DNA from: Octopus vulgaris
Lineage: Eukaryota
Reading direction: 5' to 3'
Assembly (NCBI GenBank): GCA_951406725.2
Contig: OX597830.1
Location: 68,696,001-68,760,000, forward strand
DNA: 64,000 bases
In this document: piece by piece, positions 37,873 to 52,648 of the stretch
Layout: each line of letters starts with the position of its first letter
How positions within the stretch are numbered: position 1 is the first letter of the stretch
The notes under the pieces: model-generated
Told to the model about the DNA's origin: nothing
Database searches by the model: none
What the model saw: the letters and a program-made list of their open reading frames with translations, nothing else
Translations under genes and position numbers: made by a program

Positions 37873-39099
37873 CACAGACATGAGAGAAGTAAATAGACGT
37901 CCCATATAAAATATTGCTCTATGTTTATCCTAACTAGGAAATGTTTATATTTTTTATTAATTGACATTTTTGTGTCATGTTTTATACGAGACCGTTTAAT
38001 CATGTCATGTACAAAAAATGCCTTGGAACTGTCTGAATTTCAAAGAGGCCTATTGAGGGTCATTCCGAAGGTAGACATAGCGTAAAATCACAGAAGAACT
38101 TGGGCTCCCGCTTTCTACGGTTGATATAGTGAATATGCAATTCACCAGATAGAGGAAGGAATCCACTTCACTTCGCGAAGATTAACCAGAGCCTTCTGAC
38201 AAGACCCTTCTCTTTGCTAAGAGAATTGTGGGGGATAATTCTCGTTGCTAGGCCTCTACCATAGCAGAATAAGTTATGTTAGTCCCAGAACAGCTATCAG
38301 GTATCTCCACAAACTTGGTTACTATGGCAGAGCAACAAGAAGGAAACCACTTCTTCGAGCAGCCAACACCAAGCGGATAAAAGATTGGGCCAGTGAGATG
38401 GTAGAGAGGCCACTAGAATTTTGGGACACTGCAATAGTCTCTGATGAGTCTAGATTGCTGTATTTCCTGACAGTGGTCGAGTGTCGGTCTGGAGACTCTG
38501 TGATCAAAACTTTAATGTGAAAAGATTCCGGCCAAGAAACACGGCAGCTATTCTGTGATGATCTGGGGAGCAATTTGGAGCAATGATTGATCAGAGTTGG
38601 TGGAGTGTGAGAGAAAGATAAACTCAGAAAAATTTATGTTCACATTGCAGAAAGGACACCTTCCAATCTTCTTCAGTTGTGAAATGATCAAAGAAGACTA
38701 TTTATGAAAGATAGGGCTCCTTGTCACACAGCTAAAATGAGATGAGAATGGCATTAAAAAGCTTCCATGACCAAGCCAGTCACCAGATATGAACTCTAAT
38801 GAACATTTCTGGGACATAATGGACAAGACACTTCATAAAAATAACAAGAAAGCATCATCAAAGCCAGAACTTTTGAGATTACTGCATGAAACTTGGCAAG
38901 AAATTTTGCAAGAGAATATTCGTCATCTAATCAGTAAGATGCCTAATAGGGGCTTTGCATTGAAAAATGCATAGGGCACGTCTACTAAGTGTTAGATATT
39001 CACAGTATGACAATTATTAAATAATTTGAATGTATTATTTCAGATTTGAATAAATTTCAATGATTATAAAGGTGTCTATTTACTTCTGTTATGTCTGTG
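37873..39099 (+). mobile_element. Tc1-like DNA transposon, degenerate
   Basis: TA-flanked TIRs CACAGACATGAGAGAAGTAAATAGAC / GTCTATTTACTTCTGTTATGTCTGTG. Motifs RRKPLL, IVSDESR, DRAPCHTA and PSQSPDMNSNEHFW. Confidence 0.9.
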
Positions 39100-39619
39100 T
39101 ATGTATGTAAGTATGTATATATGTATCTATGTATATACATTTAGGTAGCCATATAATATGTAAGTACATATGTATATACATATTTATGTGTAAAAAAAAC
39201 AAAGTTAGTGGTTAAAAATAAACAACATAATTGGTCACACAACTTCAAATCATCCCCATAAATTCATACCGTAGAATGATGGATTCTCAGAACGGGAAAC
39301 TTATCTGATGAAGATTTTTTTCCTGATGAAGGGGCCGCTGCTGGTTTGGTGTTTTAACGTGTAATTGATCGTGGTAGTAGCTCTTGAAACGGCCGTAGAC
39401 GTGGATTTATTCTTACATTATTTTGGATTCCTTTTTCTTTGGGAATTGACGCTGGATGTATCCCGGATTCACTTTAAATTTAACAGTCTACCTAGTATAT
39501 TATTTTCAATCGCCTCGCTATATACATTTATATTTTCTTCATATGTTTTTCTTCATACGCTTTTTACAGTTTTTCACACGTTTTTTTATATGTACATATA
39601 GATGTATATTCTTATAAAT

Positions 39620-40195
39620 TCGGGCTTGGTGTTACAAGAAGTTTTGTTCGTCTCTCGCTCAACTGCACCCCACACTTAATAATCAAGGGGGTTGCAGTCT
39701 GGAGAGTTAGGTGGCCAGACGTTAGCGATGATGTGGTTGCAGAAATTGTCTGACAGGCATAGGGGTCTCTCGGCAGTCAACCTCTTGACCCAGGACAGCA
39801 CTACCTCCTCCAGGCCTCCGTGTTGAATCAGATGCCGTGTGAGAAGATGATTAGAGGTATAACTTCGCAATCACTAATGATTACTCCAAAAACCATGATG
39901 TTCACAGTATGTTCGATTTTTATCTCTCTCGGTACATGTCCTCAAATTGCACTGTCCTCAGATTGACACCCAAACATTCTTAAATGTTCGTATTGGAACT
40001 TCCGGCGCGAATGCCAAGCAGTACGGTATGTCATTTCCAAATTTCTGGCAGCGTGAATCGCGTCATTGTGTTGTTTTTCTTACAGACGGTGCCCAACTGT
40101 CTCTACTATACTGTGTAGTCGACAAAATACAAAAACAAAGAATGCAAGTACGCGAAATCTGAAATAATAAAATGGCAACAATTTACATATTGCAA
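39620..40195 (-). mobile_element. Deleted Tc1/mariner-family element (DD37D/maT-like)
   Basis: WPPNSPDCNPLDY motif on the - strand. Confidence 0.55.
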
Positions 40196-40279
40196 CCTCT
40201 CTCTCTCTCTCTCTCTCTCTGTCGCTGTCTCTCTCTGTACTCTCTCTCTCTCTGTCGCTGTCTCTCTCTGTACTCTCTC

Positions 40280-40410
<131 letters not shown>

Positions 40411-42061
40411 TGAATATATCCTTGGGTCTATTTCATTTGAGAGGTTTTTATTCAGATTTTATTCTCTCGGATATAGATGAATATTGGATCAGTTAATGTC
40501 TAGAGCATGTGTTGTGATACATTGCTTCGTTGTGATTCTTTACAGTATGGGTTGTGTAAAATGTAAATATTTTATTGTCTGGTGATTATACAAGGAATGT
40601 TTTGTATGCAGAGAATAGGATTATTTGAGATGTAGGATTAAATTGAAAGACAAAAAGATCTTGATATTATTGTTCTATTCTTTTCCTTGATATCTTTATC
40701 TGCCATTCCCAAGTTTATTGTGGTCAGGTCGCTGTAATGTCTCATGTTTCATGCATACTATTATTACTTCTTATCCATTCTTGTCCTCAAATGATGGTAC
40801 ATGTTCCAGTGAAGATAGATTCCTTTCCAGGAAAAAAATTGCTCTTGGCAAGGAATGGATCACAAGAAACGATGTTGTCAACTATCTCATTATATTTTTA
40901 CTTGTATAGTCTACGTTCCGCATACAGAAGGAAGTCTTACGAAATATTCCATCGTATTATTTTAAACCAATGCCTATTCAGTGAGTAATTTTCACACAAA
41001 AATTATTTTCTATGATCTGGTTAAATACATATTGGGGTATATTTTCTAACGAATATCTGATAAGACTAAAACATGTCCGGAGTTATCCCCAGACTTACTA
41101 AAATTTAGTAATCAATTTCAATTTCGGAATTCTCTCCCTTCCATCTCTTGACAATGGTTATTATTCATTCAGGTGGGGTTTTTCTCTTCAATACCTGCGT
41201 AATTTCGATCAATTAAAAAACTTTTTGGTTCACTACTCTTTGCCCTGCTCCTTATATACGTAATACTTTCACAATCTTTTCTGAAGTGTCCAGAATTTTC
41301 TCTTCCAAGAAATACTGATGCTTCTTGTCTCAATTGAAATAGCATTTCCTTTTCTTTCTTCGTCTTCTCCTTTTTCCATTTCTGTTCCTCTCTCTTTATC
41401 TCACTCTCACTCCTCCTCTCCATCTCCTTTTGTTTATCTTTCTATCCCTCTCCAATTTATCGCTCTCCCTCATTATTTCAATGGATAATTTTATGGTGAT
41501 GTAGTGGTGGTCATCGTCGTATTTGATATCGAATTATGCTTGTAGCACTTCTCTTTCCTATTCATTTCATCTTTATTCTTTGTTAAACGTGAATATGAAA
41601 TATGAAATATTTTACAAAATAAATTTTCGTTGCAGTTCTCTTCTACATCTCATTGACACTTGGAAATGGACGTGAGTAGATTTATATCAATAAATATACC
41701 TATATGTGTGAAAATTATGAAAATCGCTACACAAACATTTAATTTATAAGTTCAGTGTAGGAAAATATTTTCCTTCTCAAAGTAAATTAGTTGAAAAGAA
41801 AATTTTAAAAACTGAGTTCAATAAAAAAACAGCCGCATGATGACGAATTCAATTCTTAACATAATTTCTACTGGTTAAAATTCAATTTTTCGTCAGTTAG
41901 CAGGCATTTTGTTAAATTTGACCAAGTGCTGACATTGGGGCAAACTTTACAACAGACAACCTTTAAACATTATAGAACATAGCATATGAATCATTTAAAT
42001 AATAGAATTAATTAAACAACTTTAAAAACTCATTTTGATTAAACAGATAATATATTCCAAG

Positions 42062-42110
42062 ATGCTTTGTACCTACACTATGGTAGTAACAACTTTATCC
42101 CTTCTTCCTG
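42062..42110 (+). CDS. PAN/Apple-domain protein, putative exon 1 (signal-peptide-like MLCTYTMVVTTLSLLP)
   Basis: AAGATG start with A at -3; donor G|GTAAAG in phase 1, compatible with the next exon. Confidence 0.5.
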
Positions 42111-42233
42111 GTAAAGATATCAATGTTGATCGTCAAACATTTAATATTTAATTTTTTTATTATTATCTATATTCACAATCTTTTATTTTTGTCTTTGTAT
42201 TTTGGTTGTTTAATTTTCCTGGCTTTGTTACAG

Positions 42234-42491
42234 TTGAATATCTGAAGTATTTTTTGAAAGTAGAAAACTGCCTTCTCAAGGAAGGTAAAACATTGATGAC
42301 ACTTGACGTGGATGACTCCAGCTGTTCGAAGAGGTGTTTTGAAATTTCTACATGTAAATCCTTCGTGAGCAGAGCGATAAGTCCAAGCTGTATTTTATAC
42401 GAAGATGACGCAACAGAGAAGGCACTAATACAAACAACTAATACATATTTTTATCAGTTGAGAAGATCTGTGCCGACCAAGTATACAGACG
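42234..42491 (+). CDS. PAN/Apple-domain protein exon (domain 1)
   Basis: Pyrimidine tract plus TTACAG acceptor; CSKRCFEISTCKSF...CILY..D PAN-like Cys pattern; donor G|GTAAAC; phase 1-1. Confidence 0.8.
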
Positions 42492-42702
42492 GTAAACAAA
42501 TTTGAATCTTTTTGTGTCTATTTCATTCCTTGACTCGTATTCTATGGTTTATTCCAAAGAGAGACAATACTGTCGGCATTTGAAAAGTCTCAACGATTTC
42601 TCTGGTCAATGTAGAATGGTGTCTGTAGATAAAAATAATTTGTAGAGATTTCGTTTCAGAGAGTGAAAATTTTAATTGTGGATTGGGACACAAAATCACC
42701 AA

Positions 42703-42733
<31 letters not shown>

Positions 42734-42861
42734 TGTTGTTGTTGTAGTTAAGTAGAGGGGAACGGTTTTATAAGTCATCATTGACAGCTAGAAACCCAGA
42801 ACAGATAGATTGAAAGATAGATAGATAGATAGAGAGAGAGGGGGGAGATAGAGAGATAGGG

Positions 42862-42916
<55 letters not shown>

Positions 42917-42921
42917 GTAGG

Positions 42922-43006
<85 letters not shown>

Positions 43007-43022
43007 TAGTTGGTTGATAAAT

Positions 43023-43069
<47 letters not shown>

Positions 43070-43109
43070 ATCATCCACATCATATAATTCAGTCAAATCC
43101 GAATATCCA

Positions 43110-43960
43110 ATTTTTGCGGATAAAATAGATTTGTACAGACATAGGGAATTTCTGGAAACATGCAAATGCTCTTGTACACCATTATGTCAAACGCGGTCAC
43201 AGTGAATCACGATAAAAGCAAATAGCAAATGAGATAGCTAAGATTAGCAAAGAAAGTCTAACTTTCAGGAATAATTTTAGCAAACAACTTTAGTACAATA
43301 TGTGATATAATTCCTTTAGTAATTAACTGACACCGAAATTTCGCCGGCATTTCAAAAGTATTGCATGAAAGTTACCAGCATGTTGCGGAAACTTATCCTC
43401 GTTTCGAAAAAATATTTCCTCAGCCACCTATTGTAGTCTTTAGATGAGATAAGAATATAAGAGAACTATTAACCTCTTCTTCTGCACGCTGTTCCTTAAA
43501 AAACAGCCACAAGAGAGGTAAAGCTTGTTCATTGTGCAACATGTGTCAAGTGAATTCCATCAGGAATCACAGCAGAAATGCTATAATTTATACACAAGGT
43601 GGGACATGTAGAGATTCCCATTTGGTGTATGCGGCAGAATGCACGAAAGACAACTTGATTTATGTTGGTTGTACAACAGAACAATTAAACAAAATATTTA
43701 ATGGGCACAGATATGACGTCAGGCACAATGACAGTAGTTCGACAGAACTTGCCGAACATTTTGCTGCAAACGGATGCAATTTTGAAAAAGACTTGAAAGT
43801 GCGTATTCTCAGAAAATATTCTGAATTTGCTACACTTTCAGTACTCAAAAGGCATGAGAAGAAATATGTTTTGTTTGCGTGTTATTAACATCGCGCCCTG
43901 GAGGAATGACTAAAATGACAGGAGAATTCCATCATAGTTACACAAAATTGTTTGATTCTT
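43110..43960 (+). mobile_element. Penelope-like element fragment (linker plus GIY-YIG), intronic
   Basis: PQPPIVVFR.DKNIRELL, CSLC, TCRDSHLVYAAEC..DNLIYVGCTT..L..IFNGH and LAEHF. Confidence 0.8.
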
Positions 43961-44009
43961 CTCTATTCTTTTCTCTTTTCTTTTCTTTTTCCTCCTTTTT
44001 CTTTCTTTT

Positions 44010-44330
44010 TCTTTTTACCAGTTGTAGACAGATTCAGATCGTTCATATAAAACAGATGATTTACTATAATATTATACATTTCGAACCCATACCTGGTGTT
44101 ACACAGTTCGTTTGAGAGTGGGATCAATGGCATGCAAAAGAGTAATGGGTTGAAGGAGTCACCTTTGAGAGATGTCTCGTTCAATGTTGATGTTGTTAGA
44201 TTGGCTCATCCCATTACTGTGGTTTAGAAAGAGACGTGAATTCCACTTCGCCATGGTACCCTGTAATAATTTGGAAACTACGACATTTATTTATGCCACC
44301 GTAAGCTGTTTTCTTCTGCTTCGGTACAGT
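44010..44330 (-). mobile_element. R4/Dong-like RT fragment
   Basis: KGDSFNPLLFC..LIPLS...NHLFYMNDL. Confidence 0.65.
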
Positions 44331-44434
44331 CCAGGCAACTGATCAAAACTCTCCCACCCTTTCGTTTGGACAAGTACAGCCTATCGGTATCGCTCAATAT
44401 TTTTCTGGCCTAGGTATCCATTCTCATTTTTTGC

Positions 44435-44469
<35 letters not shown>

Positions 44470-44474
44470 ACATC

Positions 44475-44562
<88 letters not shown>

Positions 44563-44567
<5 letters not shown>

Positions 44568-47500
44568 TAGTTTTATTTTTATAGCGTGCTTTCACTTCAC
44601 TACCGAGCGCAGCTCTCTGTGCCTTGGGTATGTGCTGTGATTTGTTGTGATGCTCTGATTGTTATTGTATGGAAAGTGTTCTGCGTAGGATGTGTGCAGT
44701 GCCTAGTAGTGCAATTTTCTGCATCTTATATGTGTTTGTAAGTCCTGGTGTTTTTGTTATGTATTTGTCTGAATATTTTTTTATCATGCCTAATGCACCT
44801 ACTATGATAGGAATTGTTTCTGTTTTCAGATTCCACATTCTAGTTACCTCTATTTCCAGGTCTTTGTAATTTGAGAGTTTCTCCATTTCTTTTAGAGACA
44901 CGTTGTCATCTGCCGGTATTGATACATCAATTAGAAAGCATTTTTTTCTTCATGATCTCTGACAACTATATCTGGTCTGTTGGCCCTAATTTTTCTATCT
45001 GTGTATATCGGCATATCCCAGAGTATGGTTGCTTTCTCGTTTTCTGTGACCTTTTCTGGTATGTGCCCATACCATCTTTTTTCTGTTGTTATTCCATAAT
45101 GTTGGCATAGCTTCCAATGTATGTAGGTTCCAACTCAGTCATGTCTGTGAATATATTCCTTCTTAGCCAGGACTGGGCAGCTAGAGATAATATGATTTAT
45201 TGTTTCTTGTCCATCTCCACATATTCTGCAGTTACTTGTTATATTTCTTTTCATTACATGTTTTTGGTAATTTCTGGTGGGAGGCTTTGGTCTTGTGCTG
45301 CAATTAAAAGTCCCTCTGTTTCTGCTTTGAGTCCTGAGCTTCTCAACCATTGCTGGGATTTTTCTTTGTCTATTTCTTTTGCGTATAGTTTAGTCCAGTA
45401 TTTACCATGAAGGGGCTTTTCTTGCCATCGTTTTAGCATGGTTCGTTGCTGTTCTATTTTTAGTTTGGATTTCATTTGTTTTATAGCTTTTGTTGTTTCT
45501 TCCTCTTCTTCTTCTTCTTCTTCATGTTTATTAGGTGTTATGATTTCTTGTTTGTATTTGTCAGCTTCCTTAAATACTGAGAACAGTTTTTTGTTTTGTT
45601 TGTGTTTTGCCGCTATCTGAAGTAGATATTTTTGCAGTCCTATGGTGGTTATTTTATAGTAGTTTTCCAGCTGTATAAGGCCTCTACCACCTTCTATACG
45701 TTGTATATATAGTCTTTCTATGTCAGATTTTGGGTGATGCATCCTAGATCCTGTCATTATTTTTCTTGTTTTCCTATCTATTTTGGTCAGTTCATTTCGT
45801 GTCCAGTTAAGGATATTGTAGCTGTAACTTATAATTGGGACAGCCAAAGTGTTGATACCTTTTATCTTGTTTTTAGCATTGAGCTCTGTTTTTAGTATTG
45901 ATCTAACTCGTCTATAATATTCTTTTTTATTTTCTCTTTCATTTGTGTGTGTTGTGTCTTATCTAGTTCATGGATTCCTAAGTATTTGTAAGTTTGGATT
46001 TGGTCTAATTCTTTTATTTCATTGGTTTTATCTAGTGTGATGTTATTACTCTTAACTAGTTTTCCTCTTTTCATGGTTACTTTGGCGCATTTTTCTAATC
46101 CAAATTTCATATCCATTTCTTTGGTAAATCCATGAACTGTCTTTAATAGTGTTTCCAGCTGTTTGTCATTTGCAGCGTATAGTTTTAGGTCATCCATATA
46201 TAAAAGGTGGCTGATCGTTTTGCCGTAACATTTATATCCGCATCCAGTTCTATTTAGTATATTAGATAGAGGTGACAGTGCCAAGCAGAAAAGGAGTGGA
46301 GAGAGCGTGTCTCCCTGGAATATTCCTCTTCTAATGGGGATGGCTTTGGTTTTCATGAGTCCCTCTTTTGTTTGGAGGTGTAGGACTGTTTGCCATTTAT
46401 TCATAGAGTGCTCTATGAATTTTATGATTGTTGGTGCTACTTTGTTAATGGCTAGTGTTTCGAGGATCCATGTGTGGGGGTGCTATCAAACGCCTTTTTG
46501 TAGTCAATCCAGGCCATACTGAGGCCTTTCTTCTTTCTGTGGTTGTCTTCAGTTATGGCTTTATTAATCATTAGTTGATCTTTACAGCCATATGAGCCTT
46601 TGCGGCATCCTTTCTGCTCTTCTGGAAACAGTTTGTTTTCGTCCAGGTGCTTGTTCAGCCTTTGCAATATCACTGCAGTAAATGCCTTGAACATAGTAGG
46701 GAGGCAGGTTATTGGTCTGTAGTTTTCTGGTTTTGCTGTTTCATTTGATTTGGGAATTAAGATGGTTTTCCCCTTCGTGAGCCATTCAGGCATTGTCTCT
46801 GGCTCTGCTAGTATGTTGTTAAAGTTTTCAGCCAGCTTTTTGTGCATTCCTGTTAGATATTTCAACCAGAAGTTGGGGATCTTGTTATGTCCAGGTGCCT
46901 TCCAGTTGCTTAGTCTTTGCAGTGCCTGGGTGACCTCTTCAGTTGTTATGGGGGTCCAAAGTTCTTTAGATGCCGAGTTTGTTATTTTGATACTCCTTTT
47001 TTTGGTTGTTCGTTCGCCGACCATATTTCTCTCCAGAATTCTTCCAATTCTTCTGCCGTTGGTGCTGCAGTGACTTCTATTTTATTTTTGCCCAGTTCTT
47101 GTTAGAACTTTTTGGGGTTGGAGTTGAACTTTTTGTTTTGTTCAAAGAAGCGCTGGCGTTTCTCGTACCGGCGGATCCTTTGTGCTTTGGCAAGGATATC
47201 TTGCTTCAGCTTTTCTTTTATCTCAGGCAAATCTTTCTCTGTGATGTTATATTTGCGGAGTATTTTTGTTCTCTTTTTGTTGCTCAGTAGCGTTGATTGT
47301 TTGCTGATTTCATTAAGAATCGACAGGTCTTTTCTAATTTTTTTTATTTTGTTTTGGATGTTATTTATCCACAGGGTTTGTTTGGGTGGTGGTACTCCTG
47401 TTTGGGCGGGTTTGGGTGAGTATCCAGCTTCTTTTGTGGCTGCAGTGGCTGCTGCGTATATTAAGTCATTTAGCTGAGTGATATCACTTTTTTTTTTGTT

Positions 47501-48121
47501 TCAGTGGCTATTAGTTCTGTGACGGCTAGGTTTATGCTGTTTATAATTGGTGTTGTTATTTCGTTTATTTTGATTCTTGGGAGGTATGGTCGGTGGTCCA
47601 TTTTGAGCTCTGTGGTTTTCAGTTCTTTGATTATTTTATTTTTTATATTATCATAAACATTAGGCTCCCCTTCGTTGTTTACATCGTGTTTCTTGGGAAT
47701 GTTGTGTTTGTCTTCGTGTTTTACAGTTTCAGTGTTTATATTATTGGGCATTGTTGTGTGGCTTCTATCTACATTTTCCTGGTGTATTTTTTCTTTTAGA
47801 TGTTCTATTTCTATTTCTGATATTTTTTTTTTGTGTTGAGAATGTATCTTCGTACGTTAGCTAATTTATTAGGGTTCATTGCTGTATCCACATCTATATC
47901 TCTATTATTTTCCTTCCATATTTTATATGTATGTGTTGTTGTATTTTCATTTTTTGGGTAGAGCACTGCTGTGAAGTATGCGTGTAAGATAGAAATGTAT
48001 TCCTCACGTGTCCATTTACGTCTTTTGGGTTTTATTTGCGGGACATGAGGTACAACGTCCGGCCCATTATTTTGACGGTCGTCATTTTCGTAGGGTACCG
48101 GTCCGTTTATTTCTGTTGTCA

Positions 48122-48123
<2 letters not shown>
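44563..48123 (-). mobile_element. Near full-length Dong/R4-clade LINE in (TAA)n, frameshifted
   Basis: RT motifs NYRPITCL, GIFQGDTLSPLLF and HLLYMDDLKLY; CCHC CRICG...HIISSC; RLE tail with KYKDLE-like motif. Both ends abut (ATT)n/(ATC)n repeats. Confidence 0.92.
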
Positions 48124-48187
<64 letters not shown>

Positions 48188-48188
48188 C

Positions 48189-48262
<74 letters not shown>

Positions 48263-48320
48263 TATTATTATTATTATTATTATTACCATCGTCATCATTA
48301 TTATTATTATTATTATTATT

Positions 48321-48406
<86 letters not shown>

Positions 48407-48407
48407 T

Positions 48408-48476
<69 letters not shown>
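48123..48476. repeat. Compound (ATT)n/(ATC)n microsatellite
   Basis: Directly visible; source of the poly-I/H/Y/M pseudo-ORFs. Confidence 0.95.
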
Positions 48477-48477
<1 letters not shown>

Positions 48478-48519
48478 GAAAACTAACAGATTATTTTGCT
48501 GGGTATAATGGAAAGTCCC

Positions 48520-48845
48520 AGCAGACTAAGGTGACACTTGTTTACTTGTCATGCTTCAAGAACCCCGCGAAGAATTCTTGCAGTTCGAAGCAATGCTGAT
48601 TTTTTAATGTATTTTACCTGGACACTTGTACCGATCTTTTTCAGCCATCAGCCATGTTGGTAGTGCTCATACTTCCAAGTGCACCAATTACTATTGGTAT
48701 CATGTCTACTCTCTTCATTGACCACAACCTTCGTATTTTTCGCGTTAAATCGTCATAGTGTATTTTTTCTTCTTCTTTCACATTGATTCTGTTGTCACCG
48801 TGGCATACTATGTGAATTATCATTTATGTTCTTTCTTTTTTATTC
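48520..48845 (-). mobile_element. Dong/R4-like LINE 3' fragment
   Basis: DNRINVKEEEKIHYDDL...LWSMKRVDMIPIVIGALG; adjacent to (ATT)n. Confidence 0.7.
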
Positions 48846-48850
48846 ACCAC

Positions 48851-48922
<72 letters not shown>

Positions 48923-48992
48923 ATGTACTTTTTTATATTTTACATTAACTATGGAGATGAACTACAGGTGTTAGCAGTTCATTACATTGAAC

Positions 48993-49056
<64 letters not shown>

Positions 49057-49114
49057 GGATATTTGAGCGGTTATAGCAGTGCTGTTTCCTGCAAATTATT
49101 ACTACTATTATTAT

Positions 49115-50065
49115 TATTTTTTTTTTTTTCTTCTTTCAAATTTGCTTCCATTTCTTGCCGAGTGTCTTCCCGACTCCTAGGGCAAAGAAACTCATAGTAT
49201 AACATTGGTAGGCCATTAAACCAAACTCAATAGTTCGTTCATTTTTTTTTTAAGTTAAATTAAAATACATGAGCAGCAACAGTTCTCACATCGACAATGC
49301 TCTTCTCAATACGTGTGATGTACCAGTTAAGACAATCTTTTGCACTTCTTGCAGGGATGGTAAGCCAGGGATCATTCTCATATAATTTTCGGTTCCCTTC
49401 TTGATCATTCCTAGTGCTCCTACGATCACTGGTATTGTAACCGCCTTGAGATGCCACATTTTCTCAATTTCAATGAGTAGGTCTTTATATTTTCTGTGCT
49501 TGTCAAACTCTTTCGCTGAGATATTATGATCACAGGAGATGCTCATGTCGATCAATAAGCAAACTTTATTGTTTTGGTCTTTCACAACAATATCTGGTTT
49601 ATTGGCCTTGATGGTTCGGTCTGTATGTACTGGAAAGTCCCACAGAATGGTTACATTTTCTCCTTCAGTTACAGCCTCAGGGTGGTGATTATACCACTTG
49701 TCGGCAGTTTTGATATTGTAATGCCGACTTATTAGCCAGTGGAGATATTGGCCAACTCTGTCATGTCTTAATTTATACTCCACTGGTGCTAAGACTTTAC
49801 ATCCAGAGATTAGGTGGTCCATTGTTTCAATCATGTCGTTGCAGAATCGGCATTTTGGGTCTGCTCCATTTTTCATCACATTGGCCTGGTAGTTCCGGGT
49901 TAATAGGCTTTGATCTTGAGCAGCCAGGATGAAACCTTCGCTCTCTGCTTTTAGCCCTGAGCTCCGTATCCACTGATGGGTTTGCTTCTGGTCAACATCA
50001 GTTTGTTTGCTGCGGGTCACATATTTGCCGTGCAGAGGTTTCTCCTCCCACCTATCAGCCTTATT
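49115..50065 (-). mobile_element. 5'-truncated Dong/R4 LINE, copy 1
   Basis: Open frame 49286-50020 with CRFC...HLISGC, KPDIV and LIDMSI RLE motifs; bounded by (ATT)n. Confidence 0.9.
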
Positions 50066-50085
50066 ATTAATATTATTATTATTAA

Positions 50086-50155
<70 letters not shown>

Positions 50156-50169
50156 ATTATTATTATTAA

Positions 50170-50242
<73 letters not shown>

Positions 50243-50412
50243 GTTGTTGTTGTTGTTATCTTTGCACAGCTAACACTGGAGATGAACTACGGTGTTAGCA
50301 GTTCACTACCAGTGAACTAAGGTAACACCTCTTATTTTTCGAGCACCATCCGGAGTATTTGAGCGGTTCCTAGCAGTGCTGTTTCCTGCAAATTATTACT
50401 ACTATTATTATT

Positions 50413-51365
50413 ATTTTTTTTTTTTTCTTCTTTCAAATTTGCTTCCATTTCTTGCCGAGTGTCTTCCCGACTCCTAGGGCAAAGAAACTCATAGTATAAC
50501 ATTGGTAGGCCATTAAACCAAACTCAATAGTTCGTTCATTTTTTTTTTTAAGTTAAATTAAAATACATGAGCAGCAACAGTTCTCACATCGACAATGCTC
50601 TTCTCAATACGTGTGATGTACCAGTTAAGACAATCTTTTGCACTTCTTGCAGGGATGGTAAGCCAGGGATCATTCTCATATAATTTTCGGTTCCCTTCTT
50701 GATCATTCCTAGTGCTCCTACGATCACTGGTATTGTAACCGCCTTGAGATGCCACATTTTCTCAATTTCAATGAGTAGGTCTTTATATTTTCTGAGCTTG
50801 TCAAACTCTTTCGCTGAGATATTATGATCACAGGAGATGCTCATGTCGATCAATAAGCAAACTTTATTGTTTTGGTCTTTCACAACAATATCTGGTTTAT
50901 TGGCCTTGATGGTTCGGTCTGTATGTACTGGAAAGTCCCACAGAATGGTTACATTTTCTCCTTCAGTTACAGCCTCAGGGTGGTGATTATACCACTTGTC
51001 GGCAGTTTTGATATTGTAATGCCGACTTATTAGCCAGTGGAGATATTGGCCAACTCTGTCATGTCTTAATTTATACTCCACTGGTGCTAAGACTTTACAT
51101 CCAGAGATTAGGTGGTCCATTGTTTCAATCATGTCGTTGCAGAATCGGCATTTTGGGTCTGCTCCATTTTTCATCACATTGGCCTGGTAGTTCCGGGTTA
51201 ATAGGCTTTGATCTTGAGCAGCCAGGATGAAACCTTCGCTCTCTGCTTTTAGCCCTGAGCTCCGTATCCACTGATGGGTTTGCTTCTGGTCAACATCAGT
51301 TTGTTTGCTGAGGGTCACATATTTGCCGTGCAGAGGTTTCTCCTCCCACCTATCAGCCTTATTAT
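50413..51365 (-). mobile_element. 5'-truncated Dong/R4 LINE, copy 2 (tandem duplicate, period 1298)
   Basis: Almost identical to copy 1 with the same truncation point (ADRWEEKPLHG). Confidence 0.9.
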
Positions 51366-51368
51366 TAA

Positions 51369-51471
<103 letters not shown>

Positions 51472-51485
51472 ATTATTATTATTAA

Positions 51486-51528
<43 letters not shown>

Positions 51529-51557
51529 ATTATTATTATTAATATTATTATTATTCA

Positions 51558-51693
<136 letters not shown>

Positions 51694-51827
51694 TCTTTAC
51701 CCAGTATTTTTTATCTATTCATTATTTTTCATTGAACTAAAACAATAAAACTCTTCACCATAAAAGCAGCCCGCCACAATTAAGAAAACCGAACCAAAAC
51801 GTTCATTTACCTTTTCTATTCTTTCAG

Positions 51828-52058
51828 GAAGATGTCCTGTGGATTTCATTTACAACAGTTATCTTGCTAGTAACAATGATTTGGGTGTCACGTCTGATAT
51901 TAATTATAGGCAGTGTTTCTACAAATGTGAAGCAGAACCAACCTGTCAATCATTTGACTACAACTTTAATACGAATGTTTGCTACATGTCAACTTATAAC
52001 CATACTAACGGAGTTTTGCGTTGCATCAGAAATGACGTTTACATTGAAATAAACAGAA
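51828..52058 (+). CDS. PAN/Apple-domain protein exon (domain 2)
   Basis: Acceptor TTTTCTATTCTTTCAG; QCFYKCEAEPTCQSFDYN...VCYMS; donor A|GTAAGT; phase 1-1. Confidence 0.88.
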
Positions 52059-52602
52059 GTAAGTGTAAATTCGCTTTACATTTCCTTATACTTTTCTTCT
52101 ATCTAGACCTCTTCATCCAAGTGCTTCCTCCTGTTTTGTTTAGTCCGTGCTTATGGACTATATATATTTATATGTGTGTGTGTTTGTGTGTGTTTGTGTG
52201 CGTGTGTGTGTGCACGTGTATAAATGCAGGTGTGTGTGTCCGTGCATGTGTGTTGTGTGTGTGTGTGCGCGTGTGTGTGTGTGTGTGTATGTGTGTGTTT
52301 CAACGCGTGTTATTGTGTATGTGTTTGTCGCCCATTACCTCTTGACAATGGTGTTACTGAGTTTACGTTCACGTAACTTAGCGGTTTGGCAAAAGGAACC
52401 GAAAAAAGAATTAAAGACTTGGGTCAATTGGTTCGACTAAAATTATTCGAGGCGGTTAATGATGTCGAACAATTCGACCCTAGCCCTTAATGATGTTATC
52501 ATTAAAGGCATGGAACTGTGTATTAATGTCCCGGTTGCTAACTGAGGAAGAAATAGGGACCTTCTCTGTCTCTCCTATGCGTACGTTTTTTAGTATTTAA
52601 TG

Positions 52603-52648
<46 letters not shown>

